Below are positions 47,101 through 56,091 of a stretch of 64,000 bases of DNA, piece after piece (within the stretch, counting starts at the first letter, position 1; every line of letters starts with the position of its first letter). This stretch comes from Eubacteriales bacterium (GTDB taxonomy: Bacteria > Bacillota > Clostridia > Oscillospirales > CAG-272). The notes under the pieces were generated by a model. The model was given only the letters and a program-made list of their open reading frames with translations. It ran no database searches and was not told where the DNA came from. Position numbers and translations under genes: made by a program. The stretch is taken from positions 4,543 to 68,542 of the forward strand of contig JAZOWN010000055.1 of the NCBI GenBank assembly GCA_045659245.1, given 5' to 3'.

Positions 47101-47642
47101 ACAAGCTTTGCGGAATTATATCGTCCCTTACTCTTAAAACGACCAAAAATAATCAGAAAATGGCGTTTATAACAGTAGAGGACAGATATGGCGAGATCGA
47201 ATGTCTTGTTTTCCCGAAGATATATACGCAGTTTTATCAGTATATTCGCGTTGATTCTCCCGTATATATTGAGGGAAGCGTTTCATTGCGCGAGGACGAG
47301 CGGCCGAAGATCCTTGTAAATGTGATAGACGAGCTTATTGATAACGCTAAGTATAAGCCAAGCACAGATACAAAGCCTGATAAAACAGGAGTAGTGACGA
47401 CTGTTGATGTTCACCCCACAAAGGCTTATACAAAAATATATCTACGAGTTCCGGATTTTAATTGCCGTGAGTATTTAAAGACAAAGAATTTAGTTGATAT
47501 TTTTGAGGGAAATGTAAAAGTAATTTTTTATAATTCCGAAAGCTCGACTTACGTTAATTATCAAGGCGGAATAACTGCTACTGAATATATACTTTCCGAG
47601 CTCCGAGAGATCTTAGGAAAAGAAAACGTAGTATTGAAATAG
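44130..47642 (+). CDS. dnaE: DNA polymerase III subunit alpha, DnaE-type
   Basis: 1170 aa. PHP FVHLHLHSEYSLLDG, VGPGRGSGAGSLVA, MPDIDIDF, HAAGLVV, FNKSHAAAY, C-terminal OB-fold region. GTG start 23 nt after the preceding stop. Confidence 0.95.
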   Translation: MTDVSEFVHLHLHSEYSLLDGACRISDIPVRAKECGHTAVALTDHGVMYGAVSFYRACIKEGIKPIIGCEVYIASGSRFDKTVYSDGNGKYNHLVLLCKNEVGYRNLIYLVSKSFTEGFYSKPRIDMELLKAHSEGLIALSACLAGKIPSLLSAGDYNAAVEYAKELSSIFGKDNFYIELQNHGLSEQLQILPQLVRLAEECSLPLVATNDCHYLRRENATTQAVLMCIQTNNVITDGRPIGFEVDEFYYKNTAEMKMLFGKYQGAIENTVKIADMCNFEFSFDEPKLPTYKTPDGLSSSKYLRSLVFKGIERRLADGSLVFEPQGEKAYLERIEYELSVISDMGYDDYFLIVQDYVAFAKSRDIPVGPGRGSGAGSLVAFLIGITDVDSIKFDLLFERFLNPERVSMPDIDIDFCYNRRDEVIQYMYDKYGSDHVSQIIAYGTLAARAAIRDVGRALGMTYADVDPVARAVPHELGMTLKDALKLPELKTLYESSEPVKRLVDTAMEIEGMPRNITVHAAGLVVTDEPIAKYVPLAVSNSAIVTQFDMDTIAQLGLLKFDFLALRYLTIMNDACSFVKEINPDFNISAVPYDDKATYDLISSGATLGVFQLESSGMRQMLSELRPERFDDIIAAIALYRPGPMDSIPKYIESRHNSDKISYDHPLLEPILRSTYGCIVYQEQVMSVFREMAGYTYGHADVVRRAMSKKKADVLNAEYESFILGAKERGVDETLAGKIFNDISSFANYAFNKSHAAAYAVISYRTAYLKAHYPCEYMAALMTSVLGNLTKLAEYITECGRFGIKVLPPDINESRTYFHPNNGNIVFGLLALKNVGKQFVENIIRERTGAPFADFEDFVQRMSDYDINKRMVEGLIKAGAFDKLGTYRSRLLSSYERLIDIRTEKNRSNISGQLDMFSSAFSSGNAEIAPKFEYPNVPDFSLKEKLMLEKESSGMYFSGHMIDSYSAHVESLNVTEIAELLDAEAVKEKQADKLCGIISSLTLKTTKNNQKMAFITVEDRYGEIECLVFPKIYTQFYQYIRVDSPVYIEGSVSLREDERPKILVNVIDELIDNAKYKPSTDTKPDKTGVVTTVDVHPTKAYTKIYLRVPDFNCREYLKTKNLVDIFEGNVKVIFYNSESSTYVNYQGGITATEYILSELREILGKENVVLK

Positions 47643-47655
47643 TTTTTTCTTATGA

Positions 47656-47685
47656 GAAAGAGCCACGCAAATGCGTGGCTCTTTC
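47656..47685. terminator. bidirectional intrinsic terminator
   Basis: 13-bp perfect stem GAAAGAGCCACGC / GCGTGGCTCTTTC with AAAT loop, between convergent dnaE and the BofC-like gene. Confidence 0.8.
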
Positions 47686-47693
47686 TTTGTATT

Positions 47694-48095
47694 TTATCCG
47701 TCATAATCCTCAATTATAGCATTTAATTGCTTTTCACCCACGATCTCAAAGCCTTCTTCAAGCATTCGCTTGTCAGCCTCGGGAAGCGTTTTGACGTATA
47801 CCTCTAAAACCTTAATAAGTGTTCCGGATTCGTCGAAAATGCCGATCTTATCCATGTGCTCACGCACAATATATATCTTTTCTTTGTCAGCCGTTTCCGT
47901 TTCGGGTTCTTTTATCTCGTCCTTTACGACGTAAACGTACTCTGTCTGTATTGAGCTTTCTTCAATTATAACCTCGTTTATGTCGCGCGAATTAAATACA
48001 AACCACAAAGAGATAACAAGTATTGCAATCATTAGGATTGCATATATCACCGTTATTTTTAAAATTAAGTTAATCTTATTGTTTGCGCTTTTCAT
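47694..48095 (-). CDS. small membrane-anchored protein, BofC C-terminal-domain-like
   Basis: N-terminal TM ILKITVIYAILMIAILVISLWFVF. The C-terminal IYIVREHMDKIGIFDESGTLIKVLEVYVKTLPEADKRMLEEGFEIVGEKQLNAIIEDY resembles, from memory, the BofC/PepSY-like pattern 'GxVxVF...LPxxDxxxLxxGIxV...ELxxLLEDY'. Confidence 0.45.
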   Translation of the reverse strand: MKSANNKINLILKITVIYAILMIAILVISLWFVFNSRDINEVIIEESSIQTEYVYVVKDEIKEPETETADKEKIYIVREHMDKIGIFDESGTLIKVLEVYVKTLPEADKRMLEEGFEIVGEKQLNAIIEDYDG

Positions 48096-48197
48096 ATATA
48101 TCTCCGCAATTTTTATATTATTGTTTCTACCGAGATTATAAATTATACCGATTGGTGCAATAATATACGTGGATATATTTTTTAATAGGGAGAAAAT

Positions 48198-50660
48198 ATG
48201 GTAAAAGCGCTATTATCCAAAATATTAAAGATCTTCTTGTTGTTACTTATAGTTATCGGTGTCATGCTTACGGTGATCGGAATTTCCTTTGCAATATATA
48301 TTGACAGATACGTTGAAAAGAGCATTGATGAGAGCATGTTTTATATTGTAGGCTCTGATTCACAGACTAAAATCTACTATTATGAGTACGAGGACAGAAC
48401 AAACAGAGTGGGAGAGGCAGTCGAGCTTTCAGAGACCTTGTACGGAGGGTATAGGAGCAAATACGTCGCTTACGGACAAATCCCCGAATATCTGAAAGAC
48501 GCATTCGTCAGTATTGAGGATAAGCGATTTTATAAGCATAAGGGCGTTGACTGGTTCAGAACGTTGTCCGCGGGAGTAAATTATTATTTGAAATTCAGTG
48601 ACAGCTACGGCGGCTCTACCATAACCCAACAGCTAATAAAAAACGTTACGGATAAGGACGAATACTCGTTTCAAAGAAAAATTCAGGAAATATTCTGGGC
48701 GCTCGATCTTGAAACAAAGATGGATAAAAACGAAATACTTGAATTGTATTTAAACATCATAAATCTTTCGCAAGGGTGCTACGGTGTCGGCGCGGCGGCG
48801 GAATATTATTTCTCAAAGGATATCTCGGAGCTTACGCTTTCCGAATGCGCTTGTATCGCAGCGATCACAAACAGCCCCACCTATTACGATCCGATAAGAA
48901 ATCCCGAAAATAACGACAGAAGAAGATTGCTGATCCTCACTCAAATGTATGAGCTAGGATATATAAGTGAGGTAGAATACACGACCGCAAAAAACGAGCA
49001 AACGGTGCTAAACGTAAAGGAGAGCGGTGCAGAGACGGCAATTAACTCCTGGTACGTTGATATGGTCGTAGAGGACATTATGAACGATCTTATGAGCACT
49101 TACGGTTATAGCCGCCCTATGGCAAGCCTTGTGGTCTATACGGGGGGGCTTAAAATATACACAGTTATGGATCCCGACGTACAAGAAACGCTTGAAGAAT
49201 ACTATAAAGATCTATCTAACTTTTCGGTTGGAAAAGCGGATGTGCCGCAGTCCTCAATGATAGTAATTGATCCAAAAACGGGAGATATACTCGGTGTTGC
49301 GGGAGCGGTTGGTGAAAAGAACGCGAACCGAATACAGAATTATGCAACGTATACGGTACGTCCCGCAGGCTCGGTAATAAAGCCGCTGTCCGTTTATGCA
49401 CCGGCGATGGAGTCGGGAATAATTACGTGGTCGAGCGTGTATGACGATACCCCTGTAAATTTTGGCAATTATAATCTTGACAAGGAAAAGGGAAATATCG
49501 TTCAACCCGTGGCGTGGCCGAAAAATGCAAACGGAACGTATAGAGGGCTGACTAACGTAAACTACGCCATCGAGCATTCAATAAATACGGTTACGGTCAA
49601 GGTGCTCGAGGACCTCGGACTTGAGTCGTCATTTGATTTTCTTTACGAAAAGCTTAAAATGAAAAGCTTGATCGCTACGAAAACATTAAATAACGGAAGC
49701 GTTATTACAGACAAGGACTACGCAGCATTGGCGCTTGGACAGTTTAATTACGGAGTTACGGTGCGCGAGATCACTGCGGCATATTCAATTTTCGCAAATG
49801 ACGGTATATATAACAACTACCGTTCGTATTACGTTGTTACAGACTCGCATGACGAGCATGTCCTCGAAAATAAGTATCACGGAGAAGCGGTCATAAGCGA
49901 GGAAAACTCGGATATTATGACAATGATGCTTCAAAACGTGGTCGCAAACGGAACGGCAACAGATATAACTATTGATAAAAGTGTCAGCTGTGCGGGGAAA
50001 ACGGGAACGACACAAAACAAAAACGATCTTTGGTATATAGGTTACACTCCATATTTTATTGGCGGTGTTTGGCTTGGATACGAATATCCAAAGCCACTTA
50101 GTGATTATTCGAGCAATATTTGCATAAAGATATGGGATGATATAATGAAAGAGCTTCACTTCGAGTATATTTCAGAGGGAAATGTTCTTGATTTTTCGGT
50201 TAGTGATAATATAGTAGAGTGTGAGTATTGCGTAGATTCGGGGAAGCTTATCACAACAGCTTGCCGTCAAGACCCGAGAGGACAGAGAAGTGAAAAGGGA
50301 TATTTTGTAAAGGGAACAGTGCCTACCGAGCCTTGCGACAGACATGTTTCCGTTTCTTACGATTCTTTAAGCGGCGGAGTCATGGTTGGAGAATGTAAGG
50401 AAAACGTAACTAAGGTTGGACTTATAAAGGTGGAAAGAAGCTTTCCAATACAAATATACGTTACCGACGCGCAATATACTTGGCGTGATATCGGCAAGGA
50501 TGTTCTTCCCGAAACAGCACCAACGCTTCCATTTTATGATAATTTATTGAAGAAAGACACGTTTTCTGGTATAACCCGCACGGATAAACAATATAACAGA
50601 GCATGCAGGGAGCATTTTAACTATTTTGAATGGAAGAAAAAGCAAGAAGAAAGCGGCTGA
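48198..50660 (+). CDS. class A penicillin-binding protein (PBP1A family transglycosylase/transpeptidase)
   Basis: GT51 motifs SIEDKRFYKHKGVD, GGSTITQQL, RKIQE. Transpeptidase motifs SVIKP (SxxK), SIN (SxN), KTGTT. N-terminal membrane anchor. Confidence 0.9.
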   Translation: MVKALLSKILKIFLLLLIVIGVMLTVIGISFAIYIDRYVEKSIDESMFYIVGSDSQTKIYYYEYEDRTNRVGEAVELSETLYGGYRSKYVAYGQIPEYLKDAFVSIEDKRFYKHKGVDWFRTLSAGVNYYLKFSDSYGGSTITQQLIKNVTDKDEYSFQRKIQEIFWALDLETKMDKNEILELYLNIINLSQGCYGVGAAAEYYFSKDISELTLSECACIAAITNSPTYYDPIRNPENNDRRRLLILTQMYELGYISEVEYTTAKNEQTVLNVKESGAETAINSWYVDMVVEDIMNDLMSTYGYSRPMASLVVYTGGLKIYTVMDPDVQETLEEYYKDLSNFSVGKADVPQSSMIVIDPKTGDILGVAGAVGEKNANRIQNYATYTVRPAGSVIKPLSVYAPAMESGIITWSSVYDDTPVNFGNYNLDKEKGNIVQPVAWPKNANGTYRGLTNVNYAIEHSINTVTVKVLEDLGLESSFDFLYEKLKMKSLIATKTLNNGSVITDKDYAALALGQFNYGVTVREITAAYSIFANDGIYNNYRSYYVVTDSHDEHVLENKYHGEAVISEENSDIMTMMLQNVVANGTATDITIDKSVSCAGKTGTTQNKNDLWYIGYTPYFIGGVWLGYEYPKPLSDYSSNICIKIWDDIMKELHFEYISEGNVLDFSVSDNIVECEYCVDSGKLITTACRQDPRGQRSEKGYFVKGTVPTEPCDRHVSVSYDSLSGGVMVGECKENVTKVGLIKVERSFPIQIYVTDAQYTWRDIGKDVLPETAPTLPFYDNLLKKDTFSGITRTDKQYNRACREHFNYFEWKKKQEESG

Positions 50661-50675
50661 TTTTCAGCCGCTTTC
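50649..50675. terminator. bidirectional intrinsic terminator overlapping the PBP stop codon
   Basis: 11-bp perfect stem GAAAGCGGCTG / CAGCCGCTTTC with ATTTT loop. Confidence 0.7.
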
Positions 50676-50680
50676 TATAT

Positions 50681-52438
50681 TTAGTTTGCGTTGTTAGCAA
50701 ATTGATTGTTATAAAGCTTTGTGTAGAAGCCGTTCATCACAAGAAGCTCTTTATGAGTACCTTGCTCAATGATATTTCCATCATTCATAACGAGAATTTT
50801 ATCGGCTTCGAGAATTGTTGATAGGCGGTGCGCGACAATAAAGGAGGTCTTACCGTCCATCATAGACGTAAATGCCTTTTGTATGCGTATTTCCGTTCTC
50901 GTATCTATTGAGGACGTAGCCTCGTCAAGTATGAGCATTTCGGGATTGGAGAGGATAACTCTTGCAATGCAAAGAAGCTGCTTTTGACCTTGCGAGAGCG
51001 TACCGCCGTCCTCACCTATAACAGTGTCGTATCCCGACGGAAGCTTTCTTATAAAGCTGTGAGCGTGCGCCGCCTTTGCTGCGGCTATGATCTCCTCGTC
51101 GGTTGCAGACGGTTTACCGAATCTAATGTTGTCCTTTATCGTTCCCGCAGAGAGCCACGTGTCCTGCAAAACCATTCCAAATGTATCGCGCAAAGTGTGG
51201 CGGGAAATATCCTTTATATTTCTTCCGTCAAGAAGTATCTCGCCCGATCTCACGTCGTAAAAACGCATAAGAAGATTTATAAGCGTAGTTTTTCCGCAAC
51301 CCGTAGGCCCGACTATTGCTATATGCTGTCCTGCCTCTACCGACAAATTGAAATCTTTTATAAGCACTTGATCGTCGGTGTACGAGAAGCATACGTTCTT
51401 AAATTCGACGTTACCCTTGAAATCTGCATTTTCGCCTCGTGCTTCTTCTTTGAGAGTGGGGGATTCAATAAGCTCAAATACGCGCTGTGCGCATGCAATT
51501 GAGTTTTGAAGCTCCGTGATAACTCCCGAAATCTCATTGAACGGCTTTGTGTACTGAGTTGAGTACGCAAGGAAGCTCGAGAGCATACCTACGCTCAACG
51601 CCATAGGGAAGCTTATGTGTACGAGCGCTCCGCAAAGCGCAACGAGAGCGTAGACTGTGGCGTTAACAAATCGTGTAGAGGGATTAGTGATAGATGAAAA
51701 GAATATCGCCTTTACCGATGCTTTACCGAGTCTATCGTTTATTTCGTTAAAATCGTCAATTGCAAATTTCTCTCTGTTGAATGCGAGAACAAGCTTATGT
51801 CCCGATATCGCCTCGTCAATAAGAGAGGTCTGCTCACCTCGTATCTCCGACTGAAGCTTGAACATCGAATACGTTCTTTTAGCTATAAATGAAGCAACGA
51901 AAAATGACAGAGGAGTAAGCAATACGACCAACAGAGTTATCGGTACGTTTATTACAAACATAAATAAAAGCGTTCCGACGATAGTTATAATGCTGCTGAA
52001 AAACTGTGTAAATCCAAGCAGAAGTCCGTCCGCGAATTGGTCGGTATCCGTAATAATTCTGCTTACCACCTCGCCCGTAGTGCGTGAGTCGATATAGGAG
52101 ACAGGGAAGCTCTGAAGCTTTACAAATGCCTCGTGACGGATATTTCGTACGATTCCGTAAGTCATGCGGTTGTTCAGTACGTTGATAAGCCACTGGAGAA
52201 GCGCAGTTATCATTACTGAGGCGCCTATCTTTATAAGTATTAAATATATTGCCTCGTGGTCGACAGCCCCCTTGCTGATCGCTTGGTCGATAGCCTGACC
52301 GACGAGAATTGGAACGTATAGGGTAAGAGCTACGGAAATTGCCGTAAATACGAGAGATAAAATGAAGTGAAGCCTATAAAATTTAAGATATTTCAGTATT
52401 TTGAAAAAAGCCTTAACGTTTCCTTTGTTTGCCTTCAT
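50681..52438 (-). CDS. ABC exporter fused permease/ATPase (heterodimer partner 2)
   Basis: 6-TM N-terminal half. Walker A GPTGCGKTT, signature LSQGQKQLLCIARV, Walker B LILDEATS. Confidence 0.85.
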   Translation of the reverse strand: MKANKGNVKAFFKILKYLKFYRLHFILSLVFTAISVALTLYVPILVGQAIDQAISKGAVDHEAIYLILIKIGASVMITALLQWLINVLNNRMTYGIVRNIRHEAFVKLQSFPVSYIDSRTTGEVVSRIITDTDQFADGLLLGFTQFFSSIITIVGTLLFMFVINVPITLLVVLLTPLSFFVASFIAKRTYSMFKLQSEIRGEQTSLIDEAISGHKLVLAFNREKFAIDDFNEINDRLGKASVKAIFFSSITNPSTRFVNATVYALVALCGALVHISFPMALSVGMLSSFLAYSTQYTKPFNEISGVITELQNSIACAQRVFELIESPTLKEEARGENADFKGNVEFKNVCFSYTDDQVLIKDFNLSVEAGQHIAIVGPTGCGKTTLINLLMRFYDVRSGEILLDGRNIKDISRHTLRDTFGMVLQDTWLSAGTIKDNIRFGKPSATDEEIIAAAKAAHAHSFIRKLPSGYDTVIGEDGGTLSQGQKQLLCIARVILSNPEMLILDEATSSIDTRTEIRIQKAFTSMMDGKTSFIVAHRLSTILEADKILVMNDGNIIEQGTHKELLVMNGFYTKLYNNQFANNAN

Positions 52439-54159
52439 TATTGCTCACCTCCTTTTGGGAACTGTGAGTAATAGATATCTTGGTAAACCTCAGACTCCGA
52501 TAGCAGATCGGCGTGCTTTCCGGCTCCTACAAGGCGACCGTCGTCATGCACGAGAATAAGATCTGCATTCATAAGCGATGCCGCTCTTTGTGATACGATA
52601 AACACGGTGGGATTATATTCAAGATCGGCAATGGCAGAGAGCAGCTTTGACTCCGTTAAAAAGTCAAGGGCGGATGTCGCGTCGTCCAAAACCAAAATTT
52701 CAGGTTTCTTCATGAGTGCACGAGCGATGGTGAGTCTTTGACGCTGACCGCCCGAAAAGTTATTTCCGTTTTGAGCTACCTCGGTGTCAAGTCCTTCTTT
52801 TTCTTCTACAAACTCCTTTGCCTGCGCTAGCTCCAATACGTTCCAAGCATCTTCATCTGTTGCATTGGGGTTGCCCCATTCAAGATTTGAACGAATATTG
52901 CCCTTAAAAAGTCTGGGGCTTTGAGGAACAACACCGACGATATTGCAAAGCTCCTCCTTTTCATATTCGCAAGCGTTTTTGCCGTTAATGAATACGTTTC
53001 CGCACTTAGGTGAATAAAGACCGGGTATAAGATTTACAAGCGTGCTCTTTCCCGAGCCCGTTCCGCCGATTATTCCGACTCTTTGCCCTTTTTTTATTGA
53101 AAAGCTTATGCCCTCAATAGCACAGTCGCCGTGTTCACTGTATCCGAAAGAAACGTTTTGGAAATTAACCGAACTACCGTCGTCGCAAGTCCTTACATCA
53201 GCCTCTTTTCTTTGCTCTGCGGGCATAGCAAGTATGGCGGATACGCGCGAAGCGCTTGCAGCAGCCTTAGTCAGAGTGATTATAAGAGAGGCAAGCTTTA
53301 TAAGCTCAACTAAAATTTGCGACATATAGTTATAAAGCGCAACGAGTTCACCTTGGGTTATATCTCCCGAGTCAACCTTTAACGCGCCCGAACGGATAAG
53401 TATAATGATGGCAAAATTTATGATTACGTAAGTAAGGGGATTCATAAGAGCGGAAATACGTCCCGCGAACATCTGGATTTTTGTAAGCTTATTGTTTTTA
53501 TCGTCGAAATCGGCAGTTTCCTCAAGCTCGCGATTAAAGGCTCTTACAACTCTCGTACCGTTGAAGTTGGAGCGAACCTTTCCCAGTACAGAATCAAGGC
53601 TTGATTGCGATTTTTTGAATACGGGCATGCTTATAAGCATAATACCGAACACGACAATTGCCAAAAGGGGAATTGTGACAGCAAAAATGAGAGCCAAGCG
53701 CACGTCTATCGTAAACGCCATTATCATAGCACCGAAAACTATAAACGGCGAGCGCATAAACAGACGCAGAAACATGTTTATTCCCGTTTGCACGGAATTT
53801 ATGTCCCCCGTCATTCTCGTAATAAGGGTTGACGTACCGAGCTTGTCCGTATCCGCGTAACTGAAGGATTGAATATGCGCAAAAAGCTTGCTTCTGATTT
53901 TTGTAGAAACGCCAACAGCGGTCTTTGCGGAAAAATATTGAGCGCATATAGCGGAGATCAAGCCAACAATACCGAGCAAAAGCATAACCCCACACATTAA
54001 AAAGACGGTGCGCGTGTCATTCTGCCCGATTCCGACGTCCATAATTCTTGTTACCGCTAACGGAACTAACAGCTCAAAAATTGCCTCAAGGCATATAAAA
54101 AGAGGGGCAAGCACAGACTGAACTCTGTACCCCTTAAAAAATTTAAGTAACGATTTCAA
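52438..54159 (-). CDS. ABC exporter fused permease/ATPase (heterodimer partner 1)
   Basis: 6-TM N-terminal half. Walker A GGTGSGKST, signature FSGGQRQRLTIARAL, Walker B LVLDDATS. Its stop overlaps the partner's ATG by 1 nt (TAATG). TTG start after GGAGGAG. Confidence 0.85.
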   Translation of the reverse strand: MKSLLKFFKGYRVQSVLAPLFICLEAIFELLVPLAVTRIMDVGIGQNDTRTVFLMCGVMLLLGIVGLISAICAQYFSAKTAVGVSTKIRSKLFAHIQSFSYADTDKLGTSTLITRMTGDINSVQTGINMFLRLFMRSPFIVFGAMIMAFTIDVRLALIFAVTIPLLAIVVFGIMLISMPVFKKSQSSLDSVLGKVRSNFNGTRVVRAFNRELEETADFDDKNNKLTKIQMFAGRISALMNPLTYVIINFAIIILIRSGALKVDSGDITQGELVALYNYMSQILVELIKLASLIITLTKAAASASRVSAILAMPAEQRKEADVRTCDDGSSVNFQNVSFGYSEHGDCAIEGISFSIKKGQRVGIIGGTGSGKSTLVNLIPGLYSPKCGNVFINGKNACEYEKEELCNIVGVVPQSPRLFKGNIRSNLEWGNPNATDEDAWNVLELAQAKEFVEEKEGLDTEVAQNGNNFSGGQRQRLTIARALMKKPEILVLDDATSALDFLTESKLLSAIADLEYNPTVFIVSQRAASLMNADLILVHDDGRLVGAGKHADLLSESEVYQDIYYSQFPKGGEQ

Positions 54160-54245
54160 TTACAACGGCTCCTCCGTAGTTAATAATGCATAAATATATT
54201 ATAATATGAAATCCAATTTTTTTCAACTGTTTTTCAAAAAAAGTA

Positions 54246-54274
54246 TTGCAAAACGTAAAAAAGTGTGATATAAT
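54246..54274 (+). promoter_or_regulatory. sigma-A promoter with extended -10 for tRNA-Val
   Basis: TTGCAA (54246..54251), 17 nt including TGa, TATAAT (54269..54274). The tRNA 5' end is 12 nt downstream. Confidence 0.6.
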
Positions 54275-54286
54275 ATCAACCGTTAC

Positions 54287-54363
54287 GGAGGCATAGCTCA
54301 GTTGGTTAGAGTACTTGCTTGACATGCAAGGGGTCGCAGATTCGAGTTCTGCTGTCTCCACCA
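54287..54363 (+). tRNA. tRNA-Val (anticodon GAC), CCA-encoded
   Basis: Hand-folded cloverleaf: acceptor GGAGGCA/TGTCTCC, D arm GCTC-AGTTGGTTA-GAGT, anticodon arm CTTGC-TTGACAT-GCAAG, variable GGGTC, T arm GCAGA-TTCGAGT-TCTGC, discriminator A, CCA. 77 nt. Confidence 0.9.
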
Positions 54364-54404
54364 AAGCAAAAGACAGAGGTCAAACGACCTCTGTCTTTTG
54401 CTTT
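54363..54404 (+). terminator. intrinsic terminator after tRNA-Val
   Basis: 18-bp perfect stem AAAGCAAAAGACAGAGGT / ACCTCTGTCTTTTGCTTT with 6-nt loop. The T-run lies within and after the 3' arm. Confidence 0.8.
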
Positions 54405-54504
54405 GCCAAAGTCCATCGAAACGAAGAATCTCTCAAACGCGTAGCGTTTGATGGTTTTGCGCAAGGACTGACTGCGGGTTAAATATACCTATAGGCGCAA
54501 AACA

Positions 54505-54524
54505 AGATTCTGAGTTCTGCTGTC
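54505..54524 (+). repeat. direct duplicate of the tRNA-Val 3' end (T-arm/acceptor fragment)
   Basis: AGATTCtGAGTTCTGCTGTC matches tRNA positions 54338..54356 (AGATTCGAGTTCTGCTGTC) with a single inserted T. It overlaps the stop codon of the spoVB-like gene. Confidence 0.7.
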
Positions 54525-56091
54525 ATTTGGTTTTTAACATATATTTTACTCTATTTACTACCTTTTCCGCCTTAATACCTCTGCAAATAATAAGGAAAAG
54601 CACGTACAAAAGGGAAGAGATGACTATAAGCACCCATACGTTGCTAACGGATAATATTTTTCCGAAGAAGATATTTACAAGCTGTGTAGAAGCGATTATG
54701 CAAGCAAGTGGTCTGCCTATCCAGAGAAATGCGCGTGTCTTTACGCGGCTTTTCATAAGCAACCGTGTTATGCTTAAAACGCCATTTAGTATTTCGGTAA
54801 AATAAACGGTTACTATGTATCCCATGATCCCCATGCTCGGAAGAAGTATCGCGACAAGTATGACGGATATTAGCGCGTCTACAATATTAACTATCATAGA
54901 GTACACGTGCTCTCCCATGCCCTTGAGCATGGCATCAACGGCGGTATCAAGATACATTACGGGAATAAGCGGAGCTATCATTAGTATGTATTTTCCCGCA
55001 TCGGTTGCTTCGGGATAAACTGTCTGTCCGAGTCTTAATGAAAAGCACATTATTACGCCCGCACAGCCTATTGAAAACATAAGTACTGTTTCAAGCACAG
55101 TACAAACTATGCCCTTAATTCTTCGCTCATCACCCACAGAGAATGATTCTGCAACCTCGGGAATAAGAAGCCCCGCAAATGATGCGCTTATCGCAGCGGG
55201 GAACAGAACAAGGGGAAATACCATACTGCCAACTGTTCCGTAAGCCGCCAAGGAAAGGTCGCGCGAGCTTCCGCTTTTTTCAAGTCCTATAGGAATGAGA
55301 ATATGCTCGATCGTAATAAGAGCGGAGCGCATATAGGCGCTGAATGCAAGCGGAAGTGCATTTTCAATCACCTTTTTTGTCATCGATCTGCCTGCCGAGG
55401 TCGGCGAGTCGGAAGCTACTTTTTTTCGTTCCGTTAAGTAAAGCATCAATCCTATAAAGAACGAAATAATCTCGGAGAGCGCACCGCCGCATATTACTGC
55501 AAGGCAGGCACTTTCGGTGTCCTTCGCACTCCAAAGAGAAAGAAAAGCGATACATGCAAAAATTCTTATTCCTTGTCCGAGAATTTGCGTAACGGCGTTT
55601 TTGTATACGTGTCTTACCGCCGAAAAATATCCGCCGAGCACAGAGGACACCGATATTGGAACAAACGTCAGAGAAAGCACCTTAAGCGGCAAAACAGTTC
55701 GCTCGTCGCGTAAAATTCCAATACCGATATTTGAGGAAAATAAAAAAAGCACCACGGTTGCTATTATGCTGAAAAACAAAGCATAAAGAACGCAACGAAT
55801 AAGTATTTTTCTTACTTCATTTCGCTTTTTTGCAGGTACGCCTCTCTCGTTTGACTCCGATGTATCTCCTATGGCTTCCGCAACGATACGTGTGGTCGCA
55901 AGGCTTATTCCCGAGGTCGCAAAGGTTATTCCAAAGCCGTACACGGTCGAGATCAGCGAAAAAAGTCCCATGGCAACTGCGCCGATACGGTTGGATATAT
56001 AAACGTTAAAAGCCATTGAAACAGAGCGTATAAGCAGCGTTACCACCGCCATTAATGCGCCGTTCATAACAAACCTTCTTAATCTGTTCAT
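54523..56091 (-). CDS. MOP-superfamily flippase, SpoVB/MurJ-like (stage V sporulation protein B candidate)
   Basis: MNRLRRFVMNGALMAVVTLLIRSVSMAFNVYISNRIGAVAMGLFSLISTVYGFGITFATSGISLATTRIVAEA parallels the SpoVB N-terminus. About 14 TM segments. Start moved to ATG at complement(56089..56091) after GGAG. The 59-codon upstream extension in the track runs through the guaB promoter. Confidence 0.65.
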   Translation of the reverse strand: MNRLRRFVMNGALMAVVTLLIRSVSMAFNVYISNRIGAVAMGLFSLISTVYGFGITFATSGISLATTRIVAEAIGDTSESNERGVPAKKRNEVRKILIRCVLYALFFSIIATVVLFLFSSNIGIGILRDERTVLPLKVLSLTFVPISVSSVLGGYFSAVRHVYKNAVTQILGQGIRIFACIAFLSLWSAKDTESACLAVICGGALSEIISFFIGLMLYLTERKKVASDSPTSAGRSMTKKVIENALPLAFSAYMRSALITIEHILIPIGLEKSGSSRDLSLAAYGTVGSMVFPLVLFPAAISASFAGLLIPEVAESFSVGDERRIKGIVCTVLETVLMFSIGCAGVIMCFSLRLGQTVYPEATDAGKYILMIAPLIPVMYLDTAVDAMLKGMGEHVYSMIVNIVDALISVILVAILLPSMGIMGYIVTVYFTEILNGVLSITRLLMKSRVKTRAFLWIGRPLACIIASTQLVNIFFGKILSVSNVWVLIVISSLLYVLFLIICRGIKAEKVVNRVKYMLKTK

